Shown here: positions 26,275 to 38,909 of the stretch, piece by piece
Numbering within the stretch: position 1 is the first letter of the stretch
Layout: every line of letters begins with the position of its first letter
From: Octopus sinensis
Lineage: Eukaryota
Direction of reading: 5' to 3'
Length of the DNA stretch: 64,000 nucleotides
NCBI RefSeq assembly: GCF_006345805.1
Contig: NC_043007.1
Location: 42,470,001 to 42,534,000, forward strand
Made by a program: the position numbers and the translations under genes
The notes under the pieces: generated by a model
Database searches by the model: none
The model's input: only the letters and a program-made list of their open reading frames with translations
What the model was told of the DNA's origin: nothing

Positions 26275-26671
26275 CTTCGGCTATCATGATTAAATGCTGA
26301 GCAAAACTAACAAAAGGGATCTTGTTTCACAAATCTTCGTTTCAATGGCTGCTGTGCATGACTGTGGCTTTGAATTGATTGATTAACCTCCCTTCCTGAT
26401 TTGGCCCCATCTGATTATCATCTGTTCTCCAACATGATAAAACACTTGTCTGGGAACCAGAATAGTAGTAATGATGACCTCATATATGCTGTAGAGGACT
26501 TTCTAAACAACAAGATGAAATCTTCACCAATGGAATCCAAGCACTGCAACACTGATGGAAGAAATGTGTGGAGGGGAATTATGCTGGAACTATGTTGAAA
26601 AATAAACCTCATTTCCTCACATTCCATGAGAGTGTCTTAGTCAACCTAGGAACTTTTCAGCTGATCCTCGT
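26275..26671 (+). mobile_element. Mariner 3' fragment
   Basis: PDLAPSDYHLFSNMIKHL motif; TIR-like aacttttcagctgatcctcg. Confidence 0.8.
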
Positions 26672-27261
26672 GTGTGTGTGTATTTATTAATTGAAGTGTA
26701 CAGTATTATATATCTATTATGGCCAATCTTACTAATCAGTTTTGAGTGAAGTTCGATGGAGTATTAGGTAACAACCTGATTATGCAACTATGCACTCTCC
26801 AGAGATAGCAGTTATGGAATGAAATATGGAGACTGCTCTCTATTGTTGGAGGTGAACAGACACATTCGGTTTGTAGTTGCTGTGTAACAGATGATGAAAC
26901 GAACCAAGCAAGGGTTAATTTAAGAGTTATGTCCCTTGGCACCAAAGTATCATCATCTCTGGGTGTGATGTGAGGGAACAAGAGTTTTCTGGAAAAGAGT
27001 GTATGGGAAAATGTATGTTTTAGAGTTGGTTTTCCTATAGAACTAGAATGTGTGCAGTGGTACTATATGTGCAGCATTTCCAAGGTGGGTACCAAAGGCT
27101 GCATAGGCATCTGTGTGTTCGTTTGTGTGTTTTTGTTTATGTTTTAGTTAAAACTTTGGTTAAATTCTCTGGGGGCATGTATGCATGGGGTGTGGAGGGG
27201 TAGAAAAGGGTTTATTGGGTGGGTGCTTGTCATGTTAGGGCATGTGTGTCTGTGAGTGCAT

Positions 27262-27776
27262 CTGAGCTAGAAACATCAATGTCCGGGAATCCTAATAGAT
27301 GGTGACACTGAAGAGATAGGGTGTTTCCACACCTTTTACCATAAGAAAAACATTTTCTCTATGTTAACTGCAGTGAATTTGCCTTTTCACAGTTGAAATA
27401 TGTCACAAACATTTTCTAACTAATCTAAACTTTGCTTCTGCCTAAACACTGTTTGGCGCGAATATTTCAGTAATTTCCACAATCTGGTGATCTACCAGCA
27501 CAAATCAGTCAATGTCGTTGACTGTATTTTACATGAAGCTTTTGTTTTATAAGATCTGTTCAGAGTTGCCTCTCTTAAGTACTTCCCATTGATAAAAGCC
27601 AATGAGCTAGAAACATTGATGTTTGGGAATTCTAATAGATGGTGACATTAAACAGATAGGGTGCTTTCACACCTTTTTACTATAAAAGAAAAGTTTCCTC
27701 TACAGTAACTGCAGTGAATTTGCCTTTTAGCAGCTGAAATATGTCACAAACCTATGTTACCTAACCTAAACTTTGC
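27262..27776. repeat. Diverged ~175-bp direct repeat pair (27262-27435 and 27603-27776)
   Basis: tgagctagaaacat..aatagatggtgaca..actgcagtgaatttgcctttt..gaaatatgtcacaaa..ctaaactttgc occurs twice. Confidence 0.85.
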
Positions 27777-27799
27777 ATATATATATATTACTCATACAG

Positions 27800-27903
27800 A
27801 TTCAGAAGGTATGGAAAGGATATTACAGTCGGAAATACATTCTAAATTTCTACAAGCGTAAGGATCAACTGAAGTTGATTATTGAAAAGAATTCTTACTA
27901 TCT
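27800..27903 (+). CDS. SPATA17: SPATA17 paralogue B IQ-motif exon (IQKVWKGYYSRKYILNFYKRKDQLKLIIEKNSYY-L)
   Basis: tacag|...CT|gtaagt, 104 nt; IQ..W.GY..RKY..N.Y motif. Confidence 0.93.
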
Positions 27904-28969
27904 GTAAGTAGACTGATTCTCTGATCATTTTTATTAATATGTCTTTTGTGATCTAGATCTGTTTTATAGACTTACCTGTAGCTTCTGTCACAATCCAATG
28001 AAGGAGCCTGAATGCATTTACTTAGTTGTATGTCTGCATGCTTGATCAAACCTGACCTGGTGTTTAACAACAATTCTATCAATTAATATTATGCAATCAT
28101 AAAGCTAGAACATTTCTATGCCTTTCTACTATCAGCTACCTCTATTCTGGTTACTATTTGTTCTTATTGCATATCCATGGGAATGAGCATTTCTGTGCAG
28201 TCTAGAAGTTTGCTTCACAAATATAGTGTTTCAGGTTTGATCTCATTGGATGGCATCTTTGTCAAGTGTCTATTATCATAGCTTTTGATCAACCAATGGC
28301 ACATGAGAGAAATTTTGTTGCAGAAAATTGTTTGGAAACCTATCAAGGAAACTGTTTCTGTTCTTGGATAGTAGATATCATTTGTTGCCCAGTTTAATAC
28401 TGCAGTGAAGTCCATCTCTGCTACAAGTGTTCAGGCCTAACAATAATACCTTTCCTCCCTTCCTTCTACCAATCATAGAGGCCCTGAAAAAAGGTTGTAT
28501 GTACTGCACTCCCTTGTCTGAATAAGTCATCACAAAAATAATTTAATAATTCCTGGGCCTGGGTGAAGGTGGTATGAGACCAGCCAGCTCTAAAGAACTG
28601 AGGCTACTATGGCAGTGATAGAAAGACAGTGAGAAGACAATATGCTGTGGACCAGAATTTCAGTGTGTTACTGCACATTTCAGTTGGGTGGATTGTTTTT
28701 CCATTTTCTCTGTCTATAATGTTTATATATGCAGCAACAACACTGTTTCAGATATGGAAACAATACTCCATTGTAAAAAGTTAACACATCAAGTATTTTC
28801 ACTGCTTGAAAAAGAGAGCTCAGTTTTTGTGATGCAGTTTTGCTATATTTTGTATGCGAAATCACTGAAAAACATCAATGATTTGTAGTAACCTTGAGGG
28901 TTTTAGATGTGTGTTGTTCATGAAGGACTATCTGACTACTGGAATCTTGTCTCTTTAATTTTATTTTAG

Positions 28970-29122
28970 TACACACATTACTGAATTTGTAAAGAAAAAG
29001 AGTGATATTGAGAAAGAAATTCTCATGAATTATAAAAAAGAAGTCCAGAAAACTCAAGCTTATAAGAAACATCATCTAATAAGTACAGCAGTCATTCCTG
29101 GTGTTTATAATTCACCATTCGG
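28970..29122 (+). CDS. SPATA17: SPATA17 paralogue B exon (THITEFVKKK...AYKKHHLISTAVIPGVYNSPF-G)
   Basis: ttttag|...GG|gtaagg, 153 nt; hallmark H.L.ST..IPG.YNSPF. Confidence 0.93.
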
Positions 29123-30721
29123 GTAAGGCAGTTAATAGATTTCATTCCACATATTGTTACCTGTTAATAACAGATGAGAACACTTTGTAAATTTAACCAC
29201 TATCTCATAAACTTTTGTGTAGTAAAACATCTTGGAATATTCCCTTTCAAACTCAGAGCAGCCCATAACATTGAAAGGCCACACCTGAAATATTTACTTC
29301 CACTTTTTTTCACTGCATATCAAACATGCTTGTCCCAATTGTATATTTACTAACTGATTTCTGCTAGTATAGACCATTACTATCCCCCAATTTTGGTAAC
29401 TAAGCTTGTTTAGCACTGCAAAAATATTTGCAAAATTCTGAGATTATACAATAATAAAATTCACAATTAAATTCTCTCTGTTATACTATCACTCAGTTGT
29501 GGGGTTCTTTATCTTACAAGTTGCAGAGTGACTTCATTAATGCTGCTGCCATGAGAAAAAAGCACCCTGTACACTCTGCAAATTGGCTAGCATTAAGAAG
29601 GGCACTGAGCCACAGAAACCATGCTAAAGTAAACATTGGAGTATGACACAATCATCTAGCTTGCCTGCTCGTGTCAAACCATCCAACCCTTGACAGCATG
29701 GAAAACATGTTAAGTGGTGGAGCATATTTGATTTTAACTTTTTGTATTTTGAATTAATTCTAATTCTGTTAGAGTTTTCATCATTCTGCTCAACTAATTC
29801 TGTCTTTCTGTAATGTGTATTGTAAATCACAGAATTAGTTTTGTTAGTTTTCAATACTGAATTCAGGTTCTTGTAAGGGTTAATATAATTAAGAGTCAAC
29901 TACTCCAGAGTATCTTTTCTAAGAGCGTGTGGAATGGTTGGAAATTTAGAGTTCAGTTTCCCCTATGATATTTTTAATGTTTCTATTTATCATTCAAGGG
30001 ATAATAAAACAGATCACAAATATATATGTGGAAGAGAAGAGACAACTGATATAATCCATTGTCTCTTGCAATTTTATGGCATTATACCAATGTAAGTAAA
30101 TTGCTGATATGTGGAGGTAGTTCAGTAATATAGGTTCATCAGGTCTGTGAGAAAGTTGCCATTAGTGAGTGCTGTTTTCAGGGGATGACTCCTTAGTCTT
30201 TAACAGGGAGTTTTGTTTCAAAAATTTTAATTCATGTAGTAAGAGGTAGCTATGAAGGTTGATATCAGAACGGTCATCTCTCCATAATACACTACTCCAA
30301 AAAGTCCCATCCAACCCATGCCACATGGAAAAGTAGACATAAAAATGTTGATGATGGTGTTCAACAACTTAGCATTTAAACCAGCCATATTTGGCGTAAA
30401 TATCCTATCAGCTTTATGTTCAAACTGACCAGATCTAGCCTCTTACACCTACCCTACAATGTCATTCTAAAATTAAACAATCACATCATTGAAATCTCAG
30501 AGCTTTGAGGTTAATTCAGAACAATGTGAACAAACAAGCATTACATTTGACAGTGTAGTCTGAATGCTAAAGGATTAAATGGTATTTGATTAAAAATAAC
30601 TTGTTTGTATATACTTGATAGTATATATTTTCAATATATTCTGCTGGGCTGTCATGTTTCCATGTTTACAGTCAACATTGTATTGTTTTGAGAGTGAACT
30701 TATTTGTTATGCTACTTTTAG

Positions 30722-30757
30722 CTATATGATATCAAATCATCTATCCAAACAAATAGA
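30722..30757 (+). CDS. SPATA17: SPATA17 paralogue B candidate 36-nt exon (YMISNHLSKQI-E)
   Basis: tttttag|C...GA|gtaaga, phase 2-2, frame-preserving; 100-nt intron to the next exon; same size as exon 15-50. Confidence 0.6.
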
Positions 30758-30857
30758 GTAAGAGCCCCAGACGACCCAAAACTTTAAAAATGTATGTAAA
30801 TTTTGTCTGTATTTATGTGTATGAAAAACTCCATTTCACTGTTTCCTTACCTAATAG

Positions 30858-31026
30858 AAAATATCTAAAATATTTGTTTTGTGTAAGTCAGAACCATGAA
30901 GCTGAGAATTTCCTGAAATCTTTGTGCTTCACTGGAAAAAAACCTAGGAAAAAGCCACCAGATATTACCCATGAGGGATATGAACAATTAGTCTCGGAAA
31001 AATCAGCTGGTCTTCAGAAGCCTCAG
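30858..31026 (+). CDS. SPATA17: SPATA17 paralogue B exon (KYLKYLFCVSQNHEAENF...SAGLQKPQ)
   Basis: cctaatag|A...CAG|gtagaa, phase 2-0, open frame ending QKPQ. Confidence 0.8.
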
Positions 31027-31051
31027 GTAGAAATTCTTTTTAATTAATCAT

Positions 31052-31262
31052 AAGGCAGTAAGTTGATTGAATCATTAGCATGCAGACAAAATTCTTAGTA
31101 GCATTTCATCTATCTTTACATTCCAAGTTCATATTCTGCTGAGGTCAACTTTACCATTCATCCTTTTGGAGTCAATAAAATAAGTACCAGTTGAGCACTG
31201 GGATTCATGTAATCAACTAGCTACTTCTCCAGAAATTTCAGGTCTTGTGCCTACAGTAGTAA
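31052..31262 (+). mobile_element. Degenerate Meta-type SINE
   Basis: aaggcagtaagttg..gaggtcaactttaccattcatcc..aataagtaccag. Confidence 0.7.
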
Positions 31263-32404
31263 AAATTAGCTAATTAATCTAAAGTTGGTTATGTTGATAG
31301 CATGTTGAACTGGTGAGTGGAAGATTGATGGCTCATATTCTGTCATTGGCACTAAGCCCATGAACATTTGCCTTATGCAACATCAGTTCGCCTCCAAGTA
31401 AACTGATGCTGCAAAAGACATAATGTAGATGTTCTTAAAGAAGGCATGAAAAAAATCATTCTTGTATATTCTTCTTTTGACCAGATCTCTTCAGTGGTGT
31501 ACCAATGATCCATTAGAGTTATAGGTCCATTCTGTTAATCTACTATCTTATCCTTCTGTTACTAATTCTATCATTCTTTAAATCACTGAATTAATGAGAC
31601 TTTTGTTAGCTTGCAAGTAAAGCTCAAGTTTTTGGGAGGACTATAAAAGTAGAAGGAAACCTTTCCAGAATATCTTCTGCAAGAGATCTTGAGTTCACTT
31701 GGAACACTTAGTGTTCAATATCCTCATGAAACCTCAATCTGTTTAAATCGGTTTAGAAAATAAAATTAGTTGATTTTTCCACACTGGAAACAATAAGGTT
31801 ACACACTGAAATCTTCTATGAGCCATTGTCAAATTGTTTCAGTTTAACTGTCTGTAAACTAAACATCATTTCACACTTGAGTGGCTGTTGAGAATAAGAG
31901 CATCAAATGCCAACCTCCTTTTCATAGCTACAATGTTTCACTATGAAGCAAGGCACATCCTATATCTTTCACGCTACCCAACTTAAAATCAAGCAACCCC
32001 CCCCCCTCTCTCTCTCTCACATGTGCACACACCATAAGCTAATGAAGGAGCCTCTATGCAGTCAATTGACAAGCTGGAAATAGCTCACCTTACCAACACC
32101 AAAAACAAAAGACATACTGCTTACTTTAATTTCTTTGATCTTAGTATTAGCCTTGTTTGAAATGGATGGCACCTCTCATTTATAAATGCTTTTATCATAA
32201 TTCAACTGAATCTTTTTTTAATTCTACAAACTACTTAAAAGAAAGCATTATTGTCAAGAATATAAGCTAACCCAAAGACACAATCTCTGATGATGCAAAA
32301 GTGGTGTTATATACAATATAAAAGTTAATAGGTAATTGAGTGAAAGGGATTTCTTCCTATATGACTTTCCAAGGCCTGAAAAGTAAAACCAAATCAAAAG
32401 ACAC

Positions 32405-32627
32405 TGTTTCTATTAGTCCGACTGGTGTCCTCATCTTGATTGTTGCTTTCATTACGTTTTGGCTTTTGTACACTCCAACCTTCTTCAGGTGTCTTTTGTT
32501 GAACTCAGTTGTGTCAGAATTCTGATACAACTAAATTCAACACAAGAAGAAGGCTGGAGTGTAGAAAAGCCAAAATGTAAAGGGAGTAACAATCAAGATG
32601 AGGACACCAGTCCAACTAACAGGAACA
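32405..32627. repeat. Palindrome of a Penelope-like terminal repeat with a decayed hammerhead ribozyme core
   Basis: Arms of ~110 bp meeting at GAATTC (32517-32522); - strand reads CCTGAAGAAGGTTGG-AGTGTAC-AAAAGCCAAAACG. Confidence 0.65.
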
Positions 32628-32719
32628 TAATATATTAATAGAAACATAATATAAGTTTCTCATCTCAGGAATATAGAATTGTAGAAGCAATGTAGGATTA
32701 AATTTCCTGTTTAAAAACA

Positions 32720-33144
32720 TGTAGTGACGCCATCTTGGAAATCTTCAGCATGCATGCGCAGAGTTGGATTCCTTCGGGCGGCCTGCCAGAAGTTCCCTCA
32801 TGCGCCTGCACAGAAACTGGAATTTTCCCTCGTATTGACCTCTCAAACACTGGCAGCCGAATAAGACAGTCGTGTTTTAGCAGCTCTCTCAAGCTGCTAC
32901 CTCGTGGCATTTTCTATGCTATGCTTGAACGGACAGGATTTGGCTCACTCCACTTGACTACTGCGATGAGCTCCTGGGCTGCCGATTCGCCCTGAAAGAA
33001 GAATGTATATACTGCAAATTCAGAAATAAAATATTTATGCTGTTGAAATTAATCGGAAGTCTTGACTCTTTCCTTTGGTTAATATTTTAATGTAAAGATG
33101 TAAGCTGCACCCATCCAGTGTTATAGACCTCTCATCCTGTTACA
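32720..33144 (+). mobile_element. Solo LTR (probably Ty3/Gypsy)
   Basis: TGTA...TACA termini, perfect 4-bp TSD AACA (32716-32719 / 33145-33148), internal AATAAA, GC-rich 5' part. Confidence 0.85.
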
Positions 33145-33376
33145 AACACAAAGAAACATTTTTAGTAGATTTGGATATCTAATACATGTTACAGAAGTAC
33201 TAGACTTTAGGCACTCAACCATTTCATCCATCACTCCAAATATGTTTAGCCAAAATCAATGATTGCACACACACATGCACAAATACACACACACACAGAT
33301 TACGTTTCTAACTGAATACAAAACTTGGAAATATCTACTATTTATTGTTAATTTTCATGCCTTTCTTTGTTAACAG

Positions 33377-33522
33377 GGGCCATTCCTAAATCCCGAACAA
33401 GTGATGCGAAAGCGCTATAAGCCTTTAAATCCCAATCTACAAACTGAAACAGATGTTGACCATCTGGTTAAAGCTTGGAATAAGTTTAAGACAGAATTAT
33501 CTCAGAAACATTATGGAAATTT
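33377..33522 (+). CDS. SPATA17: SPATA17 paralogue B exon (GPFLNPEQVMRKRYKPLNPNLQTETDVDHLVKAWNKFKTELSQKHYGN-F)
   Basis: aacag|...TT|gtaaat, 146 nt; homologous to 2486-2634. Confidence 0.92.
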
Positions 33523-34358
33523 GTAAATAATTTTTTCTTTTTCTTTCTTACAATAATCTTTGATATACTGATGAGGTAACTGTGTCCAATAAGGTCTTTA
33601 TAAAGGGATTTTTTTAATAACTTTGGTTGGATTTAAATTCAAGGTGCAATACTTTTCAGGGAATTCTGTTACACAAAACTTCTCAAATTTCTCCAAATGA
33701 ATTGTGAGAGTTATCTACAGGTAGTCAAGTCAATGGGTACTGGATAGCTTAAAGATTGGTGACTCATTTGTAGTCAGTAGCATTTTGCAATGCCCAAGAC
33801 ACTTACTTGTTTTTCAATGGTCTAGGTAACTCAGGCTGGTATAACTGACTGTGCTACGTAGGGGTGTCATTCTAAAACTGATACAGATTTTTTGTACTCT
33901 ACCAGTATTGACTGAAGTCAACTGTTGATGTAGGAAAGATACTGGTGATAGATTTGTGTGAGGTAAATCCAAAGAACATTACTACTTTGGGTAAAATGAA
34001 ACAGTAAAATAAAACGGGTAAAATGTGAGACCAATCGGAGTTTTGTAGACTTCATTTTTATGACATGTAAGAAAGTTGGCAGTACCCACTACGTGTATAG
34101 TCCAACAACTAACCCACTACACATTGAAACCTAGATACTAATCCATTTCCCTGTACACTAAAATCTAACAACCCATTCTGATTGTAAACTGTGACCCAAC
34201 TACCACATTAACCATCTTCAACTGTACAGTATACTCCAGCTAGTCACCTCTAGTATTCCTTGCAGATAAACTATTTCCACTTTATACGGTAACGCTATAT
34301 TAATCCAGCTTTGTTTACTGTATTTGTGTAATTAACCCAGAATTGTTTACCATTCCAG

Positions 34359-34488
34359 TTGCTTACCAAGCAAGGTTGATGAACCAAAGTATGAACCACG
34401 TATCTGTAATGATACCCCCTATAAACTCCCTGTGTATGGAAGACTGAACTTCAGGGAATACAAATCCTGTTTGTCCACAGGAAAGAAG
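34359..34488 (+). CDS. SPATA17: SPATA17 paralogue B exon (CLPSKVDEPKYEPRICNDTPYKLPVYGRLNFREYKSCLSTGKK)
   Basis: ttccag|...AAG|gtaagt, 130 nt, same length and phases as 3176-3305. Confidence 0.9.
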
Positions 34489-34706
34489 GTAAGTTGTTCA
34501 ATAAAATAGGTGAATAGATTGTTGAGTGATGGGGTTGACAGCAGTAGACAACAAAAGTTACAGCTTCTGAGTACAGAAGTTTCCAATTTCTGGTCAATAA
34601 CCTTTTGAATTTTTTCACCTATGATGGTCCAGGGATAAGCTGATTCTGAATGATCTAGTTCCCTTATGTGTAAATATTTACTATGGAGGCACAATGGCAG
34701 CAAACT

Positions 34707-35015
34707 TGTTTTGATTCCCAGACCTGGATTGTGAGTGTTTATTGAGTGAAAACACCTAAAGTTCCACAAGGCTCCGGTGGTGGCGAACCCTGCTGTACCC
34801 TTTCACCACAACTTTCTCTCACTCTTTCTTCCTGTTTTTGTTGTACCTGTATTTCGAAGGGCCAGCCTTGCCATACTCTGTGTCATGCTGAATCTCCCCA
34901 AGAACTACGTTAAAAGTACACATGTCTGTGGAGTGCTCAACTACTTGCACGTAAATTTCATGAGCAGGCTGTTCCGTTGATTGGATCAACTGAAACCCTT
35001 TGTCATAACCGTTGG
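34707..35015 (+). mobile_element. SINE-like interspersed repeat of another family
   Basis: B-box-like ttgattcccagacc followed by a GC-richer body unlike the flanks. Confidence 0.5.
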
Positions 35016-35587
35016 AGTGCCATGAGAAATATTTACTGTCAAGAAGCATCAAGTTGTTGCTGTTGTTGGTTGTTTAGTCCATGTTATCCTTGATCAAGCA
35101 GAAGTTATAGTCAAAACTCAGAATATAAAACCAAAGAAATGCTGTGAAACATTTCGTCCAGATAGTCTCTTTAGCAGAACATACTTCTACATTTTTCTTT
35201 TGTTTCTTCACCTACAAGACAGTAAGGTGTGATTTGTGTTAAGATTTGGCAATTATTTGTAGCTGGTCAAGCCAAGCAACAAAATAGAAACCTGTTTATT
35301 GCTCCTGTCTTGTGGTTTAGTCCCAGTTGAACTCTGATCAAGCAGATCTATGACTAAAAAGCAGTCCATCCATGGATATTCATCCTTTATGTTTCCAGAT
35401 ACAGTTTATCTAGGATCATATTATCTAATGTCTTTTCTTTTAGGATGGATGGCTTTATGATTCCCAAAGATGTGGTTTCAAGTTTTGTCCTACTGTGTAA
35501 TATATTGGACAATTGTCTTCTACTATAGCCCTGGGTTAACCAAAGCCTTGTAAGTGGATTTGGTAGATGGACACTGAAAAGAAGGCC

Positions 35588-35625
<38 letters not shown>

Positions 35626-36378
35626 CATGCATGTATCTGCATGCTTATTTACATCTGCTCTTCCTTGAAATTCTCGTTAGAATCAGTGATGCTGTCATTA
35701 TCCTTGTCAATAAGAAGTCATGAGAAATGAGTGTCAGTGACAAGAGCATATGCCTGTAAAACAATACAGTGGACAGTAGTTTGATTGATGATTTAGTAGA
35801 GTGTCCCTTGAGGTCTGACAATAACACACACACATACACTGATGTGCATATATGCAAGCAAACATATTCATAGGAACGATGTGGTGGAAGTGTCTGCTTA
35901 TAAAATCCATGTTTTGTTTGTTATATGTAATTGATTAAATATTGCTAAGAATGGATGTAAAAAGCACCTGTGCTGGTACCACATAAAGAGCACTTGTGCT
36001 GGCATTATGTAAAAATACACTCTGTAAAGTGGTTGGCATTAGGCAGGACATCAAGCCACAGGAATCATGCCAAAACAGAAAATTGGAACTTGGTGCAGCT
36101 CTCCAGCTTGCCAGCCCCTTGTTAAACTGTCCAACTCATGCCAGTATGGGAAACAAACGTTAAATGATGGTGATGATGATGATCATCATATCCAGAGGTC
36201 ATGTTACCCAAATGTGAGTATCCTGAATGATTAAGAGCTTCACTAATGGTCAAAACTCAGAAACATCATGCATAACACATACCTTCATACACCCACTTGC
36301 ATGCATACACGCACCCTCTGTAAATTTTAAAATTTCAGCAAGTCAAATCTGTTAATAGTAATTTCTCTCTAACTGTAG

Positions 36379-36441
36379 GATTTCAAAAAAATATTGCCAC
36401 CAGTTTCTGTTGTTGATAAATGTAAACAAGAAGCTGGGTGA
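36379..36441 (+). CDS. SPATA17: SPATA17 paralogue B last coding exon (DFKKILPPVSVVDKCKQEAG*)
   Basis: ctgtag|GAT TTC AAA, phase 0; tandem TGA TGA stop. Confidence 0.87.
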   Translation, partial: DFKKILPPVSVVDKCKQEAG

Positions 36442-36583
36442 TGAATGGAGCCAAACAGATGATACCCTCACTGCTGACAATTCCTTCCTGATTATTCAAG
36501 AACATGCTAATTTTTAAAAAATATATATATATATATATTTATATTACAACCATATTAATATATATTATTTGATATTCGTAATC

Positions 36584-36589
36584 AATAAA
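36584..36589 (+). terminator. Candidate poly(A) signal of SPATA17 paralogue B
   Basis: First AATAAA ~140 nt after the stop, followed by T-rich sequence. Confidence 0.5.
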
Positions 36590-38909
36590 AGGAAATAATG
36601 AATTTGCAAAATTATCATCAAGACTTTCTTTTCATTTGATCTCAGTTTTTCTATGTAAACCTTTAAAGTCTTGTTCATAATTAACAGCAACTGTTGCAGT
36701 TTATTAAGTAAATGTATGGGTATTTTTCCTTTAATTTTTGAACATCATGGCAAATAATGCCTCAAACATTGAGTTAAAGCTTGGTAATATTATTCATTAA
36801 TGATTTAAATAGTATTTGAGGGAAAGAGCTTAGACTTGGAAAAAATAATCAGTAACATTTCAGTATCTTCTGTACACGTCAGCATGAAATTTATAGAGAT
36901 TTATTTATGAAGGAGTGCATTGATGCTTTTACTAGTAAATGGTGAGGATTAAAAAGAACATTACTTTATTGATATAATGGTAGGTTTATTATTGTGATGA
37001 GAGTAAATAACACTAATTTATAATGTAGGCCTATCCTGGAATGTTTTTTTAATGAGAGTTGTGCAGCGTCCAAGTTAGAGATTACTAGAGCACAAATTAA
37101 GCTCTATGACAGGAAATCAACACCTAGAAATCAATAACTTGTAAATATGTGAAAATCAACTTACCTGGGCAGGTGAAAATGATGTGACAATAGGTAAAAA
37201 TTACAACAATAGGAAAAGCCCAAACTTATAATGTTCACCAACTGTCATTGAAAAATCATGCAATAGCTATCTTCACGGTTTTTACACTGGATTGACTGCA
37301 TTTCATCAAAATTTCTGGTTTCTAACAGGATTGGAAAATTTATTGAGAAAGCACTTTTGTCGAATGTATTTCTTATTTATATTGTTTTGAATTGATTACA
37401 CTTGTAGCTTCAAGATATCAAAGATGTGTTTGTATATTTTTAGAATGACGTTATAAGGTAGGTTTTAAATAAAACAGGCAGAATATTTGGGCTGATTATG
37501 GCTAGATTAAATGCTAAAGGGTTCAATTAATATTAGTTTAATGTGCTATAAAGACCCTACTGAGCCACGGATTATTCATGTTCATTTCTAACTAGAATAG
37601 CTTCTAATTCCGCATTAGTCTATGGAATGAGAACCAGGGGAAATAACTCTACAGTGTTGTCCATTGAATTGCAAATAGTTTAGACAATTGGACTGCTAGC
37701 TGAAGGCTCACTACTCCATATCCTGCCACAGACACTGCATGGTATCTATAACTTGGTCCAGATTGCAGTAAAAAGATACCAATTTTTGAAGCTGTGAGAA
37801 GCAGAGTTACTGTAAATTAACAAATGTTTAATTAGCTTACTTATTACAGTACTGAAAAAAGCAACAAGAAGCTGCTCCAGTATTCACATCAGCTAGTTCT
37901 GCCTTTCAGCCTAAGCTCTCATTACTGGCTTCTGGTGGTTTTGAGCATAGACACAGGACTACACGTTTGGGGCATGGAACAGTTGATTATAGTAGTCCCA
38001 GTGTTTGACTAAAAGATAGAGTTGAACATAGAGTATAAAGTGGCACTACTAAACACTGCAAGATATTTTGTCCAGCATTCTCTAAATTTTGTCAGTCCAC
38101 ATGTGTCAAAAGCGAGATTTGTATTAACTCTCATGAAATCACTCTGCCACTTCCTGCTTTAAATTGATCTAAATAAAAACCTTCCTTAAAAATTTCATGT
38201 TAATTTGTGTTCCAAATACCAGCTCAGTAATGACAAAATTATTTTATTAAATTATTCATTATTTTCAAAATTGATTAAAACAATGGCAGGGTATTTCAAC
38301 AGAAATATGAAAACAAATGGGGTTCATAAAAACATCTCTTTATAGTGGAAATAACTTGGGCAATTTGATTTGGTTTTAATAAGTAAATAGATATTTTTAT
38401 GTTTTAAACATTCATTGAATTAGATAAAATTCCCCAAATTTGGCATAAAGTCAACTGAATTGATGCCAATACTGGTTCTTTTTCTTCTTCCTGTGGTATG
38501 ATAAAACAAATCAATTCCAGATGATTTTCACTCACAATGTAAAGATACATAACTGAATACTGCAACCCATGTAGTCCATAACTGTAATGTTTCTTTTATA
38601 ATAATGATGATGAGTTTCTAGCATACACACAAGACCATTTCTTTTTTAAGGACAAGGTTGGGGGCAAGGAACAATCAAATCAAACCCAGTACATAATTGG
38701 CACAGTACCAAATCTCTTATCTATCTTCCAGAAATCTAGAATTTCCAGGAATACTGTGTAATATCATGCAATATATTGTACCCTATATTTTGTAAACAGA
38801 CCTTGTTTGTGAAGATAGTTAATTTGCATACAGTGTGTTAAACTAGTTTTGTTCTTTACTTTTTTATGTGGATTGTTAAAAATTAAATACACTCTGCTTT
38901 AGAAGCATA

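Noticed and set aside
32735-32995. GC-rich ORFs on both strands
   Set aside because: They lie inside a solo LTR with a TSD; no recognisable protein motif.
2486-36441. SPATA17 duplication as a haplotype assembly artefact
   Set aside because: The copies differ extensively in protein sequence and have unrelated introns, far beyond allelic divergence.
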